Below are positions 1-24,559 of a DNA stretch of 64,000 nt, piece by piece. Source of the DNA: Antedon mediterranea (Eukaryota > Animalia > Echinodermata). Each line of letters opens with the position of its first letter. The first letter of the stretch is position 1. Position numbers and translations under genes: made by a program. Location of the stretch: the NCBI RefSeq assembly GCF_964355755.1, contig NC_092670.1:38614388-38678387 (forward strand). The letters are read 5' to 3'. The notes under the pieces were generated by a model, which saw nothing but the letters and a program-made list of their open reading frames with translations, was not told the DNA's origin and made no database searches.

Positions 1-87
1 GCATTTAGATAAGTCTAGGAATGAATATTACAATTTACCAAAAACTGCAACACATTCTCTTAATCATCATTTTTATACTTCTGTTAG

Positions 88-3000
88 TTTAACGTTAGTG
101 GAAATGTAGTGTATGCTCCTGCATATTTCGATGGAATTGAGTTGCGTCAAAATGGTCTCAAAATGATGGTAATTGTTGCTGCAATTGGTTTAGAGGTTCG
201 ATTTGAACCACTGTCTCCGCGATATTTTCGTGTGGTTGTTTCTGCTCAATTGTTTTGGAATAACACAGAAGGATTATGCGGTAAGAAATACATCAATTCC
301 TTCTGCCCTCAATTTAAAGAATAGGGCACTTACTTCTGTCCACTACGCTTTTCCGGTGTAGGCTGCAGTCCTTGTCTACGTCCAACACCCTAACTTGTTT
401 CTTTCCACACTTGGAAAAAAAGTGCTTACATTTTCAACAATAAAATAATAATTATTCATTATTTAATTGTGTTTCTTAATCTTAAATGAAGCCCAACAGC
501 AGATGTCTGGCGAATCTTCTCCGGGATCCTGGTGTTAGGATATTGTGATGATGGAACATTAATCATGTCCTTTATCGACTGAGTCTATTCTATCTCTATT
601 CTTTTTCTATGTCACCTACTGTATTTTCTGTTTATAATATGAATTATTTATAATAATTTATTCTTTATCAGGTCTATGTAATAATATCACAGAGGATGAT
701 TTCATCTCACGTGAAGGCAAAGTGATTTCTGATCCGTTTGAGTTCGGTTACGAATGGCTTGAGTCTGTAAACGGTGATGAAGCCCACTGCATTCCACAAG
801 TGAAACCAACTCAATGTATCCCCAGCCAGGAGATTATCGATTGGTGTGGTAACATGAATTCAACCGTGTTCCAATCATGTCATCCATACGTGGATCCACG
901 AGAATACTTCAAGACCTGTATTCGAGACAATTGCGCAGAAGGATTTCCAGGAAATTGCTGGGCCTTTGAAAGTTATGCTGAGGAATGTAGTGGATTGAAA
1001 GTGTGTATTCCTTGGCGATCAGACGATTTTTGTCGTAAGTGATTTATCTTCTACTTGATAAACATTATAGGAAACGACTTCTAATTGTTTTCCCTTGCAT
1101 ATGTACATTTCTTACAGTCATTCTTCAACAGAACATTATTTGATTTATATGGTCTTTTCCTTTTTAGCTGAAACATGTCCAGATGGCCTAGTGTACCGTC
1201 AATGCAACTGTCCAATACCTGAGGTCGATAGCTGCTCATCCTGGGAAGAATTTGACTGTCCTCTTGATCCGATAGCTGGCTGTTTTTGTCCTGAAGGTAC
1301 CGTTCCCGATGGAACTCATCCAAGTAATATGACCTGTATTCCCTGTGAAGGTATTATTTTACATATTTATCTACTGTTCTAACAAACGATGATAGGTTTC
1401 CCAAAAGTGCCTTTACAAATAAGCTTTCTCTCGGATGCAATACATTGACTTTATGCAAGACAACAAGACAATCAATGTTTCCGCATTTTGATGATAGGTT
1501 TCCCAAAAGTACCTTTACAAATAAACTTTCTCTCGGATGCAATACATTGATTTTATGCAAGACAACAAGACAATCAATGTTTCCACATTTTATACTGTGA
1601 TGACGCTAGTTACTATCCGTTATGCATGAATAATTTCTAGAATTATTACGTAATGCATAACGTTATAAATTACGTAGTAAGCTGGGTACTCATTGTTCAC
1701 AGACCAGTGGCTCGGTGATGCACTTGAAACAGGCCATCGTTGTTGTAAATAAATTACAAATGAATTTAACTTGATGTAATTATATTGCCAGACCTATACC
1801 TGTCAAATAATACTAAACAGCATAATAGCACTAAGATTGTGATTTTGTCTGGATTACTGTAATTAATATTCAATTCAATGACTTATGACATGTAGAATTA
1901 ACAAAATAATGAACATAATGAACTATGAACTATGAACTATAATGTCTAATTATAACCGTTATATATGTTCAGTTACTCCACCACCAACAATACCAACAAC
2001 AACAAATCCTTGTCCTGAAGGTAAGCATTATTTGAATAATTACACAGCCAAACGTTGTAATATCAAATGATCAATGAAACAATTTTCCCGAGCGTTTCTG
2101 CTTTTTTAAATACACCTAAAAGTTACTTTACACAGACGCATTAGGGTTGGTGAGTACCCTGCCAAAATACGCAAGAATTTTGCCAAAATACGCAAATTGA
2201 GGGCGCTATGCTTTGCCAAAATACACAAATCATGCCAAAATACGCAAATTGAGGGCGCTATGCTTTGCCAAAATACACAAATCATGCCAAAATACGCAAA
2301 TCAGCCTTGCCCAAATACGCAAATCATGCCAAAATACGCAAATTGAGGGCGCTATGCTTTGCCAAAATACACAAATCATGCCAAAATACGCAAATCTGCT
2401 TTGCCAAAATACGCAAATCATGCCAAAATACACAAATTGAGGGCGCTATGCTTTGCCAAAATACACAAATCTGCTTTGCAAAAATACGCAAATCATGCCA
2501 AAATACGCAAATCATGCCAAAATACGCAAACTGAGGGCGCTATGCTTTGCCAAAATACACAAATCATGCCAAAATACACAAATCTGCTTTGCCAAAATAC
2601 GCAAATCATGCAAAATACGCAAATTGAGGGCGCTATAATTTGCCAAAATACGCAAATCATGCCAAAATACACAAATCATGCCGGAAAGCACAAATCTGCT
2701 TTGCCAAAATACGCAAATCATGCAAAATACGCAAATTGAGGGCGCTATGATTTGCCAAAATATGCAAATCATGCCGCCAATACGCAAATTGAGGGTGCTA
2801 TGCTTTGCCAAAATACACAATCATGCCCAAATACGCAAATTGAGGGCGCTATGCTTTGCAAAAATACGCAAATCATTCGCTCCTCCTTGTAAAGAGGCCC
2901 GAAAAAACATATTGGCTTAGCAAGAGGTACAAAAACGTAGCCGTATACTTTACTATCATAATGTTCATATTTATTAGCAATCATATAAACGTATTTATCT

Positions 3001-6000
3001 TAGATTAAATATCTAATGCACATTTACTTCTGAAAAGAAATTTATTACCACCATGCTTTATTTACGATACTTTAACGGCCTAGAAATATTCAACCATGCG
3101 TACACCAGCATGGTCTTTTCTTGTCATTTCCCCATCTACATCCCACCGACTGTCTGTAGGCTATGTGAACATTAAGGATTACTCATTCTTCTCATCAGTA
3201 TTTTCTTTAATAATTCAAAAACCGCAAAGGGAATGTGTTGTACTTTTAAAGATTTATAAGACTTTGTGTAGAGCATCTGTGTTTGTATTATTTGTGATTC
3301 ATGTAAGCGGGAAACCGCCTTGTAAGCCACTAGCCTTAATGTTAATGTTGCTATGTGGCCTTTTCAGAGGATACTTATTACTTGTCTCCAGCGTTGCCAG
3401 CGATAAAATTTAAATTATGCCGTAGCCTGTCTCAAATAATGCCAGATTGGGAAAAATAATGGCAAATCCCTAAAATGTGGCCCTAATTAGCGCCACCAAC
3501 GGTTGCATGTTTAAAAAACGTCTGTAAAACCCCAACTGACACAAAGGGCCTAAAATGTTATCCCATGTCGTTAAAAATTTATATTTTTAGTTTTGTGTGT
3601 AATAACTAATATAATTCCCAATATCTGGGGTGCGAAAATGGTAATTGCAAATGTCATCAAACACCACCAGCCCGCCACCAAATTTAAAACCTGCTACAGC
3701 TACGGAAACTTTAAATTGTTTAGCTGAAATATGTTTGGAAATATCATAAAAATATATTAAATGTCTTCAAGACCCCAGCCCACCATGGTTGGAAAATTGG
3801 AAAATTTTGAAAAAATGGAGAGCTGCTCGTTGGCCGGAAATGGCACTTATTTTCAAATATGAAATTAAAATATATTTATTAGTGCCTTCAGGATCTTAGC
3901 AAACCATGGTCCAAAAATGGCACTTATAATTTAAAATAGGAAATAAAAATGTATATTAGTGTCTCCAGGACCTCTGCCCCACCATAGTTGGGGCTGAGGT
4001 AAGAAAATTTGGAAAAATAGAGCTGCTCGATGGCCGGAAATATATGAGTCTCTAGGACCTCGGCCCACCATGGTCACTGGGGCTGAGATAACATTTGGAA
4101 CAAGGCCATACAATGGCTGCAGTCGCGTGCTCAACTACGCAACTTGGACAGCACCGAAAATATAGTTATACAATGTTATGTTGAGAAGATTTAGAGATAC
4201 ACGCGCAACAAAATTCGTGGAAAGAAGAAAAGACTAAAAATAGGACTGCTAAACGATGCAAATGAAACTGAATTTGAAATATGGAAAACAAATTCTCTAG
4301 TAGATTTTTGTCTCTTTCGTCATAGCTCATCACATTTGATAGAGCGCATCTCGACTTATCCGTATTCCATTCCCCCCCCCCCCCCCATATATGGTCCGGT
4401 ATCACTATATGCGTTTTATCGCTTTTCTGTACTTTTTGAACTGTTTTGATGTACAGACAAGTTTTAAAGTAGGCCTACATTACTTTTTGAAAGTTCATTT
4501 TTTTCTGAGAGCACGCGACTTATGGCTGTTGGCCTTGTTAAAATTGCTATGAGGCCATCATGTGCAAAAGTGTAAATAGCTTTGGTCACGTAATTTCATC
4601 ATTCCAATCAATTTCAATATGTTACAGCTCCTCAGAGTAAAAAGTGATACTCATGATTAAAACGTTTTCTGGAATCTATTGAATTGAAGATACGAATTCA
4701 TGTACAAATTTTGCGCATCGGATGCTGTGACGTCATCATATGGCCAGTTGAATTATAAACGTCATACTTTCATATATTTTTTTTCTCCATATTCTTCGTA
4801 TCCAAATTCCTTCAACACGTCAATATGCGGTTGCTCAGATAATTCCCTTCCAAAATTGCTATCTACGTGCTTCATTTTGATGACATGACATGTTAAAAAT
4901 TTGATTAAAATGTGGGTCTCGTAATTTCATGACACAAAATAGGTACAATTCAGCACTGTAAATATATTTAATTCATGTCATAGGATGGCATAATAATTGT
5001 CGCCGTTGATATTTTAACGTATGTGCATGTTGAGGTAGCGGATACGCCGCTTATAATTATGAACTGAAAAAAACAAAACCCTTCATAATGTTTTCGGTTA
5101 ATTTTCTCTACATCTGGGGATCCAATAACCTACATGAACTCTGAAATACTTAGCAACATAATTGGTCAATCGCGGCTAGCCTCGTCGGTTTCGTTGTGCT
5201 GCCTATCGCACACACGGGAGTTTGTGAGCAGCCAATTCCTATCCGAAGAGTCGATCGAATCCGAAACAAAAGGATGGATGCACTATTGTACGAAAAAACC
5301 TGACAGACCTGTTTTGTACGATATGATATTGTGTACAGTGTAAGGTGATATGTACGAAATTGCAAGATTAAACAAAATATTATTGTTGTTCTGTGGTATA
5401 TTATTTTTTTAGTTGTTCAAAAAACACAAAATTATGCCAGATTAATATACTAAAAACGGCTAAATAATGCCGCGGCATTTTCCCAGACGCCGTGGGCCTC
5501 TAAATAATGCCAAAAAGCATAATAATGCCAGAAATGGCAACTATGCTTGTCTCCAATTATGTCGTCTAGCTTACATTGATATAAATCTATTCAATCTACA
5601 ATAGGCCTATAGTTAATAAATTAGTACTTGCTTTACTCGCTTTTTAGCAATAAAGAATGGATATAATTCGTTTTTACTGTTTAAAACTGTCTTCGACCAG
5701 TTGATTTTATTTTCATCCGAGTGCGTACGTTTTTATGCTTTTGGTATGTTTACGGTACACCTCAAGTTGTGTGTTGCCAAAGTGCTAGTCAACGAGGCAC
5801 GCAATGCACACAATCCACGCAATGCATGCAATCCTCGACGACGGTAATTCAACGGAAAAATTACCAACAAGTGCGATCCTTCGAATAATAATAAGCCTTC
5901 GTTAATATTTGTGTACAATTCATAAACATTTATGAATCACCTACCGTTAATGTAATTATGTTAACAATTTCGAATATCCAGATGCGACTTCGATGTCTAC

Positions 6001-6392
6001 AAGCGAGACCAACAAGAAGGGAGCAGCAGTAGTCTGTATAAATTCATTTCATATCGTTTACATTTACTTTTTTTATATTCATAGTTGAGCCTATTGGATG
6101 TATTGTTATTGAATCTGACCCGGTAGAAGTACGAGACGGTACCTGTATTGGCAACACATCCTCAACCTCTTGTCTTGGCAAATGCGAGTCTTCGTACAAA
6201 ATCACAGGCTACACAGACGGGGTTCCAAGTACTGAAAAAGAATGTCCACTATGCGAACCGGTCCGGTTTAGCACCGAAGTCGTCGATCTGGTCTGCCCCG
6301 GAAATCTATCAAAACAAGTAGAGGTGCAGAAGATAATGGAGTGCAGTTGTAGCGCAAGGGACCATATTTGTCCAGATATCTTGCTAGATTAG
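88..6392 (+). CDS. 3' part of a mucin/von Willebrand factor/SCO-spondin-like protein (VWD, C8, TIL, short Pro/Thr linker, C-terminal cystine knot); 5' exons lie outside the window
   Basis: GT-AG exons at about 88-280 (..FWNNTEGLC), 672-1036 (GLCNN..DDF; C8-type FQSCHPYVDPREYFKTCIRDNC..CWAFESYAEEC..WRSDDFC), 1169-1350 (TIL-type CPDGLVYRQC..GCFCPEG), 1973-2020 (TPPPTIPTTTNPCPE) and 6085-6392 (C..C..CLGKCES..CPLCEP..C..ECSC..C, stop TAG; missed by the ORF track). AATAAA at about 6942 and 7025. Confidence 0.85.
1388..1591. repeat. Tandem duplication of a ~102-bp intronic unit
   Basis: gatgataggtttcccaaaagt...cattttg occurs at 1388 and again at 1490, nearly identical. Confidence 0.9.
2160..2876. 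repeat. Compound minisatellite built on GCCAAAATAC(G/A)CAAA with three alternative linkers
   Basis: The core is followed by tcat, ttgagggcgctatgcttt or tctgcttt in irregular order. It is the source of the MPKY../CQNTQI ORFs. Confidence 0.95.
3389..5545. mobile_element. Non-autonomous hAT-like DNA transposon, ~2.16 kb
   Basis: Perfect 8-bp TSD CTTGTCTC (3381-3388 and 5546-5553). Imperfect 11-bp TIR CAGCGTTGCCA / TGGCAACTATG. Repeated subterminal AATAATGCC motifs at both ends. No transposase ORF. Confidence 0.8.
4099..4539. mobile_element. Possible MITE nested in the hAT-like element
   Basis: Imperfect inverted ends AACAAGGCCA..AGTCGCGTGCTC / GAGCACGCGACT..TGGCCTTGTT. No clear TSD. Confidence 0.45.
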
Positions 6393-7200
6393 AATATAGA
6401 TTTTGAAGTCTGACTTAAAAGTGCATTCTCTACTTTTTTTTATAAATTATATTTTAGTTAAATTCTTTAGTCTTCTTATCGTGACAAGTATTTATTGTTG
6501 AATTGAAACAAAATGAAAATCGACCTTTGACCTTTGTTGACGAACGAATTTCTCTAAGTATAGGCCTAACAGAATTATGATTTTATTTATTAAACGGAAT
6601 TTTCTTTTTGAAGTCTGTTTTGTTGTGCAGTCTGACACGAGTCGAAGTAAAGGAATGAATTGTTCTGTTCCCTTTCCGACTTTTAACAAAATAATTAATT
6701 TTAGATTATAATAGTTATTATTATTATTTTACATACAATTTGTCTGGGAAAATTTAAAAATATTTTAAATATTTGACGGTCATTGTATTTATTGCATTTA
6801 TGATGATGAATGATTAATAAAACCTCCACTGCACTCATTAATCTTAATAGCTTTAACATGCACATCTGTTTGTTGTAAGTCAATGTCAAAGTTGTTACTT
6901 TTGAAACGGATAAACATTATTATATAATATTTATGAATCGTAATAAATTACTTTAATGTATATATGATTTGTGTTTAAATCTTACTGTTTTTTATTTGTT
7001 ACAAATTGTATTTCTAATAGTAAATAATAAAAGCACGAGAATGCATATTGTTTGAACAACATTTGTTATTTTGAGACTGATGATGAAATGTATTACAGTG
7101 TGGACTAACATACAACTCAGAAGATATAATAAGATCATTCTAATACAAACTTTTCAATGAAATTATTGTGGGAAAAAGAGATCAGAAAGCAAGCTATTAC

Positions 7201-7220
7201 GACTGGCGCCCTCTATAGTT
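7201..7220 (-). promoter_or_regulatory. CTCF-like motif between the mucin 3' end and the Argonaute start
   Basis: The minus strand reads ..TATAGAGGGCGCCAG, matching the 3' half of the CTCF core (AGRKGGCGC), about 120 bp upstream of the AGO ATG. Only a partial match. Confidence 0.3.
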
Positions 7221-7332
7221 ATTATCTTTGATTATTATACAGGTAGGAAACAATAGCGTGTAATGAAAGACGAGGGTTTGTGTATTTTTGTCGATTTTAT
7301 TCCTTGTTTTTATACTTAAATACACGTTCAGA

Positions 7333-18287
<10,955 letters not shown>

Positions 18288-19894
18288 GAGGTTCACAACA
18301 AAATTGGTTTGTTATGTCGGTTTATCATTTGTTCATGCAGCAGTATGCAAGATTTCACAACATAGAGTTATAATACTTGTTATCGAATAATTTGTGGCAT
18401 GGACTAATGTGTGCATATAGCACACAGAATTTTGTATTTAAAGATTGTACAAGCTCTTAGTGAGTTAACATAGTGTTAAACATATACTCTCATTGTGTAA
18501 AGTTAGAACATAGTTTACAGTACGTAATTCTGTAAACGCAAGTGAAAGTTGACGACACATTTGTAACCATCAATTGTGTATGTTGGTCAAATGAGGCATT
18601 GAATGAGAGCCGTTTTGGTGCATTTTATCCGTTAGTGAATGTTGCTAGCAAACCCAAAGCCTAATGTTTTCTTCACAGTTGCTAAAAACGGTGTTGAAAG
18701 CCAAAAACTTGCCAAAATGACCGTTATCTTTCAAGCTTAAGCCAGAATTTTTAAATTAGAAATGAAGGAGTTTTTTTTTTAGAGAATATGAAATTTATGA
18801 GGTACAGGCAAAAAGACAGTAGTAGTAGTAGTAGTTTTAATATTAGTATTTTTATTAGATAACGTACTTCAACATTTTTTGTGCCTTTGAGCCCATGAAG
18901 TTATTATTTAACATACAAATAATGTTACATATTATTACATTATTTTTAAAGAGAAATTATAGATTATTGGTCCACATTAGAACATTTTATGGAGTTCATA
19001 GTTCAATTACCTAATGTTACAAAATGCTGTAGTGTGGACAGAGCTTAAGAGACTTATGTGTGTGGACAAACCGATGCAATGTAAACGGAGGTTGTAGATG
19101 TAAATACTACAGGGACCTTGATCATAGAAGTGTGCTTAGTTTTATTGTGCAAATGAATCTATCCAAAGCTTTCCATTTTTCATTAAGTGCATCAAAAGTT
19201 CTATCCAAATGCTTAACTTATTTTCACTTAAGATCTATCTACATTCTACACAATGTTGAAATCATTTTAACTTAAGAACAAGCAAATTCTACCCAAATCA
19301 TTTTACTTAACTGCTTCATATATACTACCAAAAAGCTAAAATAAGTTTTGAAATTGTCTTAAGTGAAAAAGATCCGGTCCCACTAACTTGTACTAATAAC
19401 TCTTTGCTTATTATTGGGTCACATAAACGATAATGTACTTCAGAATAATTATTAATATTAAACAATATAGAAAGATAGTATTATTCGGTAGCCTCCCGTT
19501 TTATTTTGATAGGCTATATTTATTTAGGAAAAATGATATAATTATAATTTAAAGCTGGATTTATGCACCCCTCTACAGTTTTCTGCTGGGCTTGAATAGT
19601 GGTTTAAAAATTATTGATAAAAATAGTTATTTTGTAGTATTATCTGGTCGATGCTGACCAACATGCACATTCTCAGCTCATTCATTTCTACAGGATTATA
19701 TAACTTATAAATGGGTTTTATGAGAAATTCTACATTTTGGACATGAATACAGTATTTTAATTTATGAGTTTTGTTGGTATGTGATATGCTTAGTGTTAAC
19801 TCGCGCCCATTGTAAGTGCAGATAAAAGATTTCAGCTTTAGTAACTTGTTTTAGAAGCCTAGTGGATGCTGCCTACTTCTGTGAACTGTTCGTA

Positions 19895-20640
19895 GTGAAT
19901 GTTGCTGCCTAGACCAGTGAGCCTCTTTTAATCTGGTCAATATTGCTGCCTAACCAGATTATGTCATTTTAGTTATTTGCTTTTAAACCTGGTATATCAT
20001 CGGTTAATGAGTGAGAAGCTTTTGATCTAGTCAATGTTGCTGCCTAACCAGTTTATGTCAGTTTAGTTAATTGCATAACCTGGTATATCATTGTTTAATG
20101 AGTGAGCAGCTTTTGATCTAGTCAATGTTGCTGCCTAACCAGTTTATGTCAGTTTAGTTAATTGCATAACCTGGTATATCATTGGTTAATGAGTGAGCAG
20201 CTTTTGATCTAGTCAATGTTGCTGCCTAACCAGTTTATGTCAGTTTAGTTAATTGCATAACCTGGTATATCATTGGTTAATGAGTGAGCAGCTTTTGATC
20301 TAGTCAATGTTGCTGCTTAACCAGTTTATGTCAGTTTAGTTAATTGCATAACCTGGTATATCATTGGTTAATGAGTGAGCAGCTTTTGATCTAGTCAATG
20401 TTGCTGCCTAACCAGTTTATGTCAGTTTTGTTAATTGCGTAACCGGGTATATCATTGGTTAATGAGTGAGCAGCTTTTGGTCTGGTCAATGTTGCTGCTT
20501 AACCAGTTTATGTCAGTTTAGTTAATTGCATAACCTGGTATATCATTGGTTAATGACTGAGCAGCTTTTGATCTGGTCAATGTTGCTGCCTAACCAGATT
20601 ATGTCAGTTTAGGTATTTGCTTAACCTGGTTAATGAGTGC
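19895..20640. repeat. 91-bp tandem repeat, ~7-8 copies
   Basis: Unit ..GTTAATGAGTGAGCAGCTTTTGATCTAGTCAATGTTGCTGCCTAACCAG.. recurring at 20010, 20101, 20192, 20283, 20374, 20465 and 20556. Confidence 0.95.
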
Positions 20641-22309
20641 TTCTTGATTCCTGTATTGTTTCATACACAGTTACTTAGCTATGTGGTAACAATATAATCA
20701 TTGCCTTTGTATTACCTCAGTACTTTCAACATTGTGCCGTAGAATATCAACTTAATCAATCAATATATTTTTTTTCAATAGATATATTTAACAAGTAAAA
20801 AGCTACTACTTTCCTTGGCTACAGGTTTAGACTATTGTATAATTGATGTGCTGGGCTATTTCATTGCTGCAGTTTTTATCTATTCCTTTGCAGTTGAAGA
20901 CTTCTGTTTAGGATGTGGAATAGGTTGCAGTATTAGGCTTCTATCCTGGCTGAAATTAGGCTGTGGTTTAGGCTATTCTTAGGCTGTGGTTTTAGGCTTT
21001 CTTAGGCTGTGTTTTTAGGCTATTCCTAGGCTGTGGTTTTTAAATTATACAGCTTCAATAGAAGACTTCATTTTAAACGGCAGGTTTCTGTTCAACCAGT
21101 AATGTGTTGGCTGATTCAATCTAATTTTGAAAAAGAATTGAGGTTAAATAAAATTATTTTAGTCAGGAACAAAAATTTTAATTAACTTATATTGTATATA
21201 TATTTTTTTTCTCCATTACTATTTGTAACATATTGTTAACATATTGTTTTTTTATTTTCTATTTTAAAAAGAGATTAACACACATTGTGATAATTAGAAA
21301 ATTCAAGAAAAATGATAATACCCTGACTAAAAAAAACTAATTATTGAATGCATTGATTTATATCAAGCATTTAGCATAATATTAATTTTCAAAGAGCTAA
21401 TAAGAAACATGTGAATCGATTTTAAGGCCAAATATGGTGCATAAATGCTGCAATGGTCGCAGGACGCTTATTGTAAAAACGCGATCATCTTCCATTATCC
21501 TATGAAATGAACGTAGGTGCGCAGAAAATGATAAATAATAAATTAACTACATAATACTACTAAGAATATTCTTGTTACTTAATACTATTTTTCCCTACAT
21601 TTTATCTATCAAAACATTTGAATAACATTTTATTATTAGGAGTTATATTTTGTAAAACTCTTCCTATCCAATCCACCAGACGTAATATGTGCAATGCTTT
21701 TATACCTAAACTTTGTGAAGTAATATTTATCATTATTTCTCGCAAAGTACAGTATTTAAATGAATATTAAAAGTACAATATTTATCCTATGCATATCAAG
21801 ACGGTCCTTCGTATTTGCCAATAATAAATTATATGTAATTATATACACTTGATACCTCCCAGACGTGAATACAACTTGCCAGGTTCAATTATGTTTTACT
21901 AAATTTTTCTACTAAACTCTTTGCAATTTTGAATGCAGTAATTTATGCCGGAGGTTTTACAGTGCATTTAAGCGTTAAAAAACTATTGATAATTGATAAT
22001 ATGTGTGTTACTGTACACAACTAATTGATCTTTATGACCTGAAAATATACTTATTACGGAACGCACAGAATTCATCCACATATTTTTCAGAAGTGCATTG
22101 TGTATTTAATATAAGTATACTGTATATACTATTGTGTAGTGGTGTAGATACAGTGTGGTATGTACAATAACCATGTTATATCTCATAAATGTGATGTACT
22201 GTAGTAGCATGCTTTTATTGCTTGTTTTTAAAAATGCTTTTTTTCTTTTAGAAGACTTCTCATATTTACATTTTTTATTGTGAAATAATTTGTCTTTTTT
22301 TATGTCATA

Positions 22310-22707
22310 GTTATTGCAGTACAATCATGCTTTACTGCAGTAACTATGTGCTGCAGTAACAGTTGTCTTTTGTAGTTGCTGCAGTACGATCATGCTTTAC
22401 TGCAGTAACTATGTGCTCCAATAACAGTTGTCTTTTGTAGTTACTGCAGTACGATCATGCTTTACTGCAGTAACTATGTGCTCCAGTAACAGTTGTCTTT
22501 TGTAGTTACTGCAGTACGATCATGCTTTACTGCAGTAACTATGTGCTGCAGTAACAGTTGTCTTTTGTTGTTACTGCAGTACGATCATGCTTTACTGCAG
22601 TAACTATGTGCTCCAATAACAGTTGTCTTTTGTAGTTACTGCAGTACGATCATGCTTTACTGCAGTAACTATGTGCTCCAGTAACAATTGTCTTTCTGTA
22701 GTAACTG
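22310..22707. repeat. 65-bp tandem repeat, 6 copies, rich in the TTACTGCAGTAA palindrome
   Basis: AC(G/A)ATCATGCTTTACTGCAGTAAC at 22321, 22386, 22451, 22516, 22581 and 22646. Confidence 0.95.
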
Positions 22708-24559
22708 TTTCACAATTTAGTTTTACTGTATAGTATGGATAATTACTGCAGTACCTGCATGTTTTCTGCAGAGGTTTAGAATCTTGTCAAAGCAATTGGA
22801 TATCTTGTTAGTTTCAATTTGTTGGCATTCATTTGAAACTACAGTGTTTTTACTTTCCATTATATTCAGTGTTACTATTTCTACTTAAACTTACGCAAAC
22901 AAATCTAACTGTATATCTACCACTTACAAGGAGCGTATTATGTGCAAATATAGTACACAGTATTCATTTAATCTAGTACTACTAAAATGGTGCAGGAACA
23001 TTTTTCCTATCTTACAACACAACATTTAAATGTAGTAATAAAATATGATAATGCAATTTTTATTTTTCTTTGCTGGGTTTTCATACTATTTATGTAGTTC
23101 ATAGATAATTTGGTTATATTATTACCACTTTTTAGAAGATGTAGTTAGTGGCTTAAAAAAAAGAAATGTTTTTACCGATTATGTGAACACCGTATGAATC
23201 CAACGTATTTTAATATAACAGAATTTTATTGCACATTATTTTTGTCTTTATAGGGACAGTATTGCCGTTAATATATTTGGGTATTTTCTCAGTTTTTCTT
23301 GTGCAAGATTGTGGTTTTTAAAGATTGTTGTTTTTTTTAAACACTTTTGTGCAATTTCAGTATTCTCATTATACTTAACAAAGAAACCCTGCTCTTAAAT
23401 TCCAAGTACTATATACAAACCAAAATGCAATACTTTGTTTGTTTTGGTCAAATTATAGCCATCGTTGTCATGGTTACTACAAATTCATTTAAATCATGTA
23501 AATCAATTTATTATTCAGGATATCAATTATGCATTAGTGATTAATATGCATGTGTTTTTGTGTTTATGCAAATTTGAAGGGAAGGTGGGCGACAATGCAA
23601 TAGTTGGTAGGTAGTATCATTATATGACTGGTTAATAAAATATCTATGATAAAGGTATTGATATATACAATGCAACAAGATCTTATAGTAACTATGTATA
23701 GCAGACTTATTACAAATTTACATGGAGTTTAGTACAACTATTGAGAAATAATGCATTTTCATGGTTTTCATTACCAGTAATGTTGTATTGACATCGTGTA
23801 GTAGTACTCAACTTGGTTTAAATTGAAATAGATATAAGTGTACCATATTAGTTATTCACTTATACTACCTTGATAAATGTTAAGTGTTATCACACTGTAC
23901 AAATGTATGTTTGTAGGGTGATAGTGTACGTTCGCACATAAATGATATTATCTGTAAAGCTCTGTCTACACTATCAGTATCAAACTAGTTTGATAAAAAG
24001 AGTGTGATGTGCCCAAATATGGTAGTGCTATGACATCATCATGTACATATATGGACTCGTCACATTTTTTTGTAAAATAAAGTTTGATAGTGTAGACATG
24101 GCTTAAGGTTAGGTTCAGGACTTGAACCAAACCCTCAATAGGTGCGAAAATATGGTACCGCCGTTTATAGTTGGTAGAAGATTGGTCAAACCATATCAGA
24201 TATTTCTTATTCTGATTTAGTTTTTAAAAATAATGTCCAAAGAAAACAGTGCATTTTCAACTTTTCTGTAAATATTGACATTTTCTTTTTATTTATACTC
24301 AAGAAACTTTGTTATTGTAGCAAAAACATAGAGGTGTAATACGTAAACCACCTCATAGTAAAACAATGCATTGTTGTAAGGACACCGGTAAGGTCCACCC
24401 ATTATTAATGGTATTATTTTTTGTTTGAAAATTGTATTTCCTTGGCTTTGTAAATTGGTGTACTGTATGTATTATTAGTATAGTTTTCTGCTTTCAAAAG
24501 ACAAAAATGATTGAATAAAAGTAACTATTTCACTTGAATTTTGAGTGATTTTTAACATT

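Noticed and set aside
2213-2984. Overlapping repetitive ORFs (MPKYTNHAK.., CQNTQI..)
   Set aside because: Translations of an intronic minisatellite, open on both strands, with no splice or domain support.
5982-6030. Additional mucin exon
   Set aside because: An AG is present, but there is no convincing donor in the right phase. The 2020-6085 join is already in frame.
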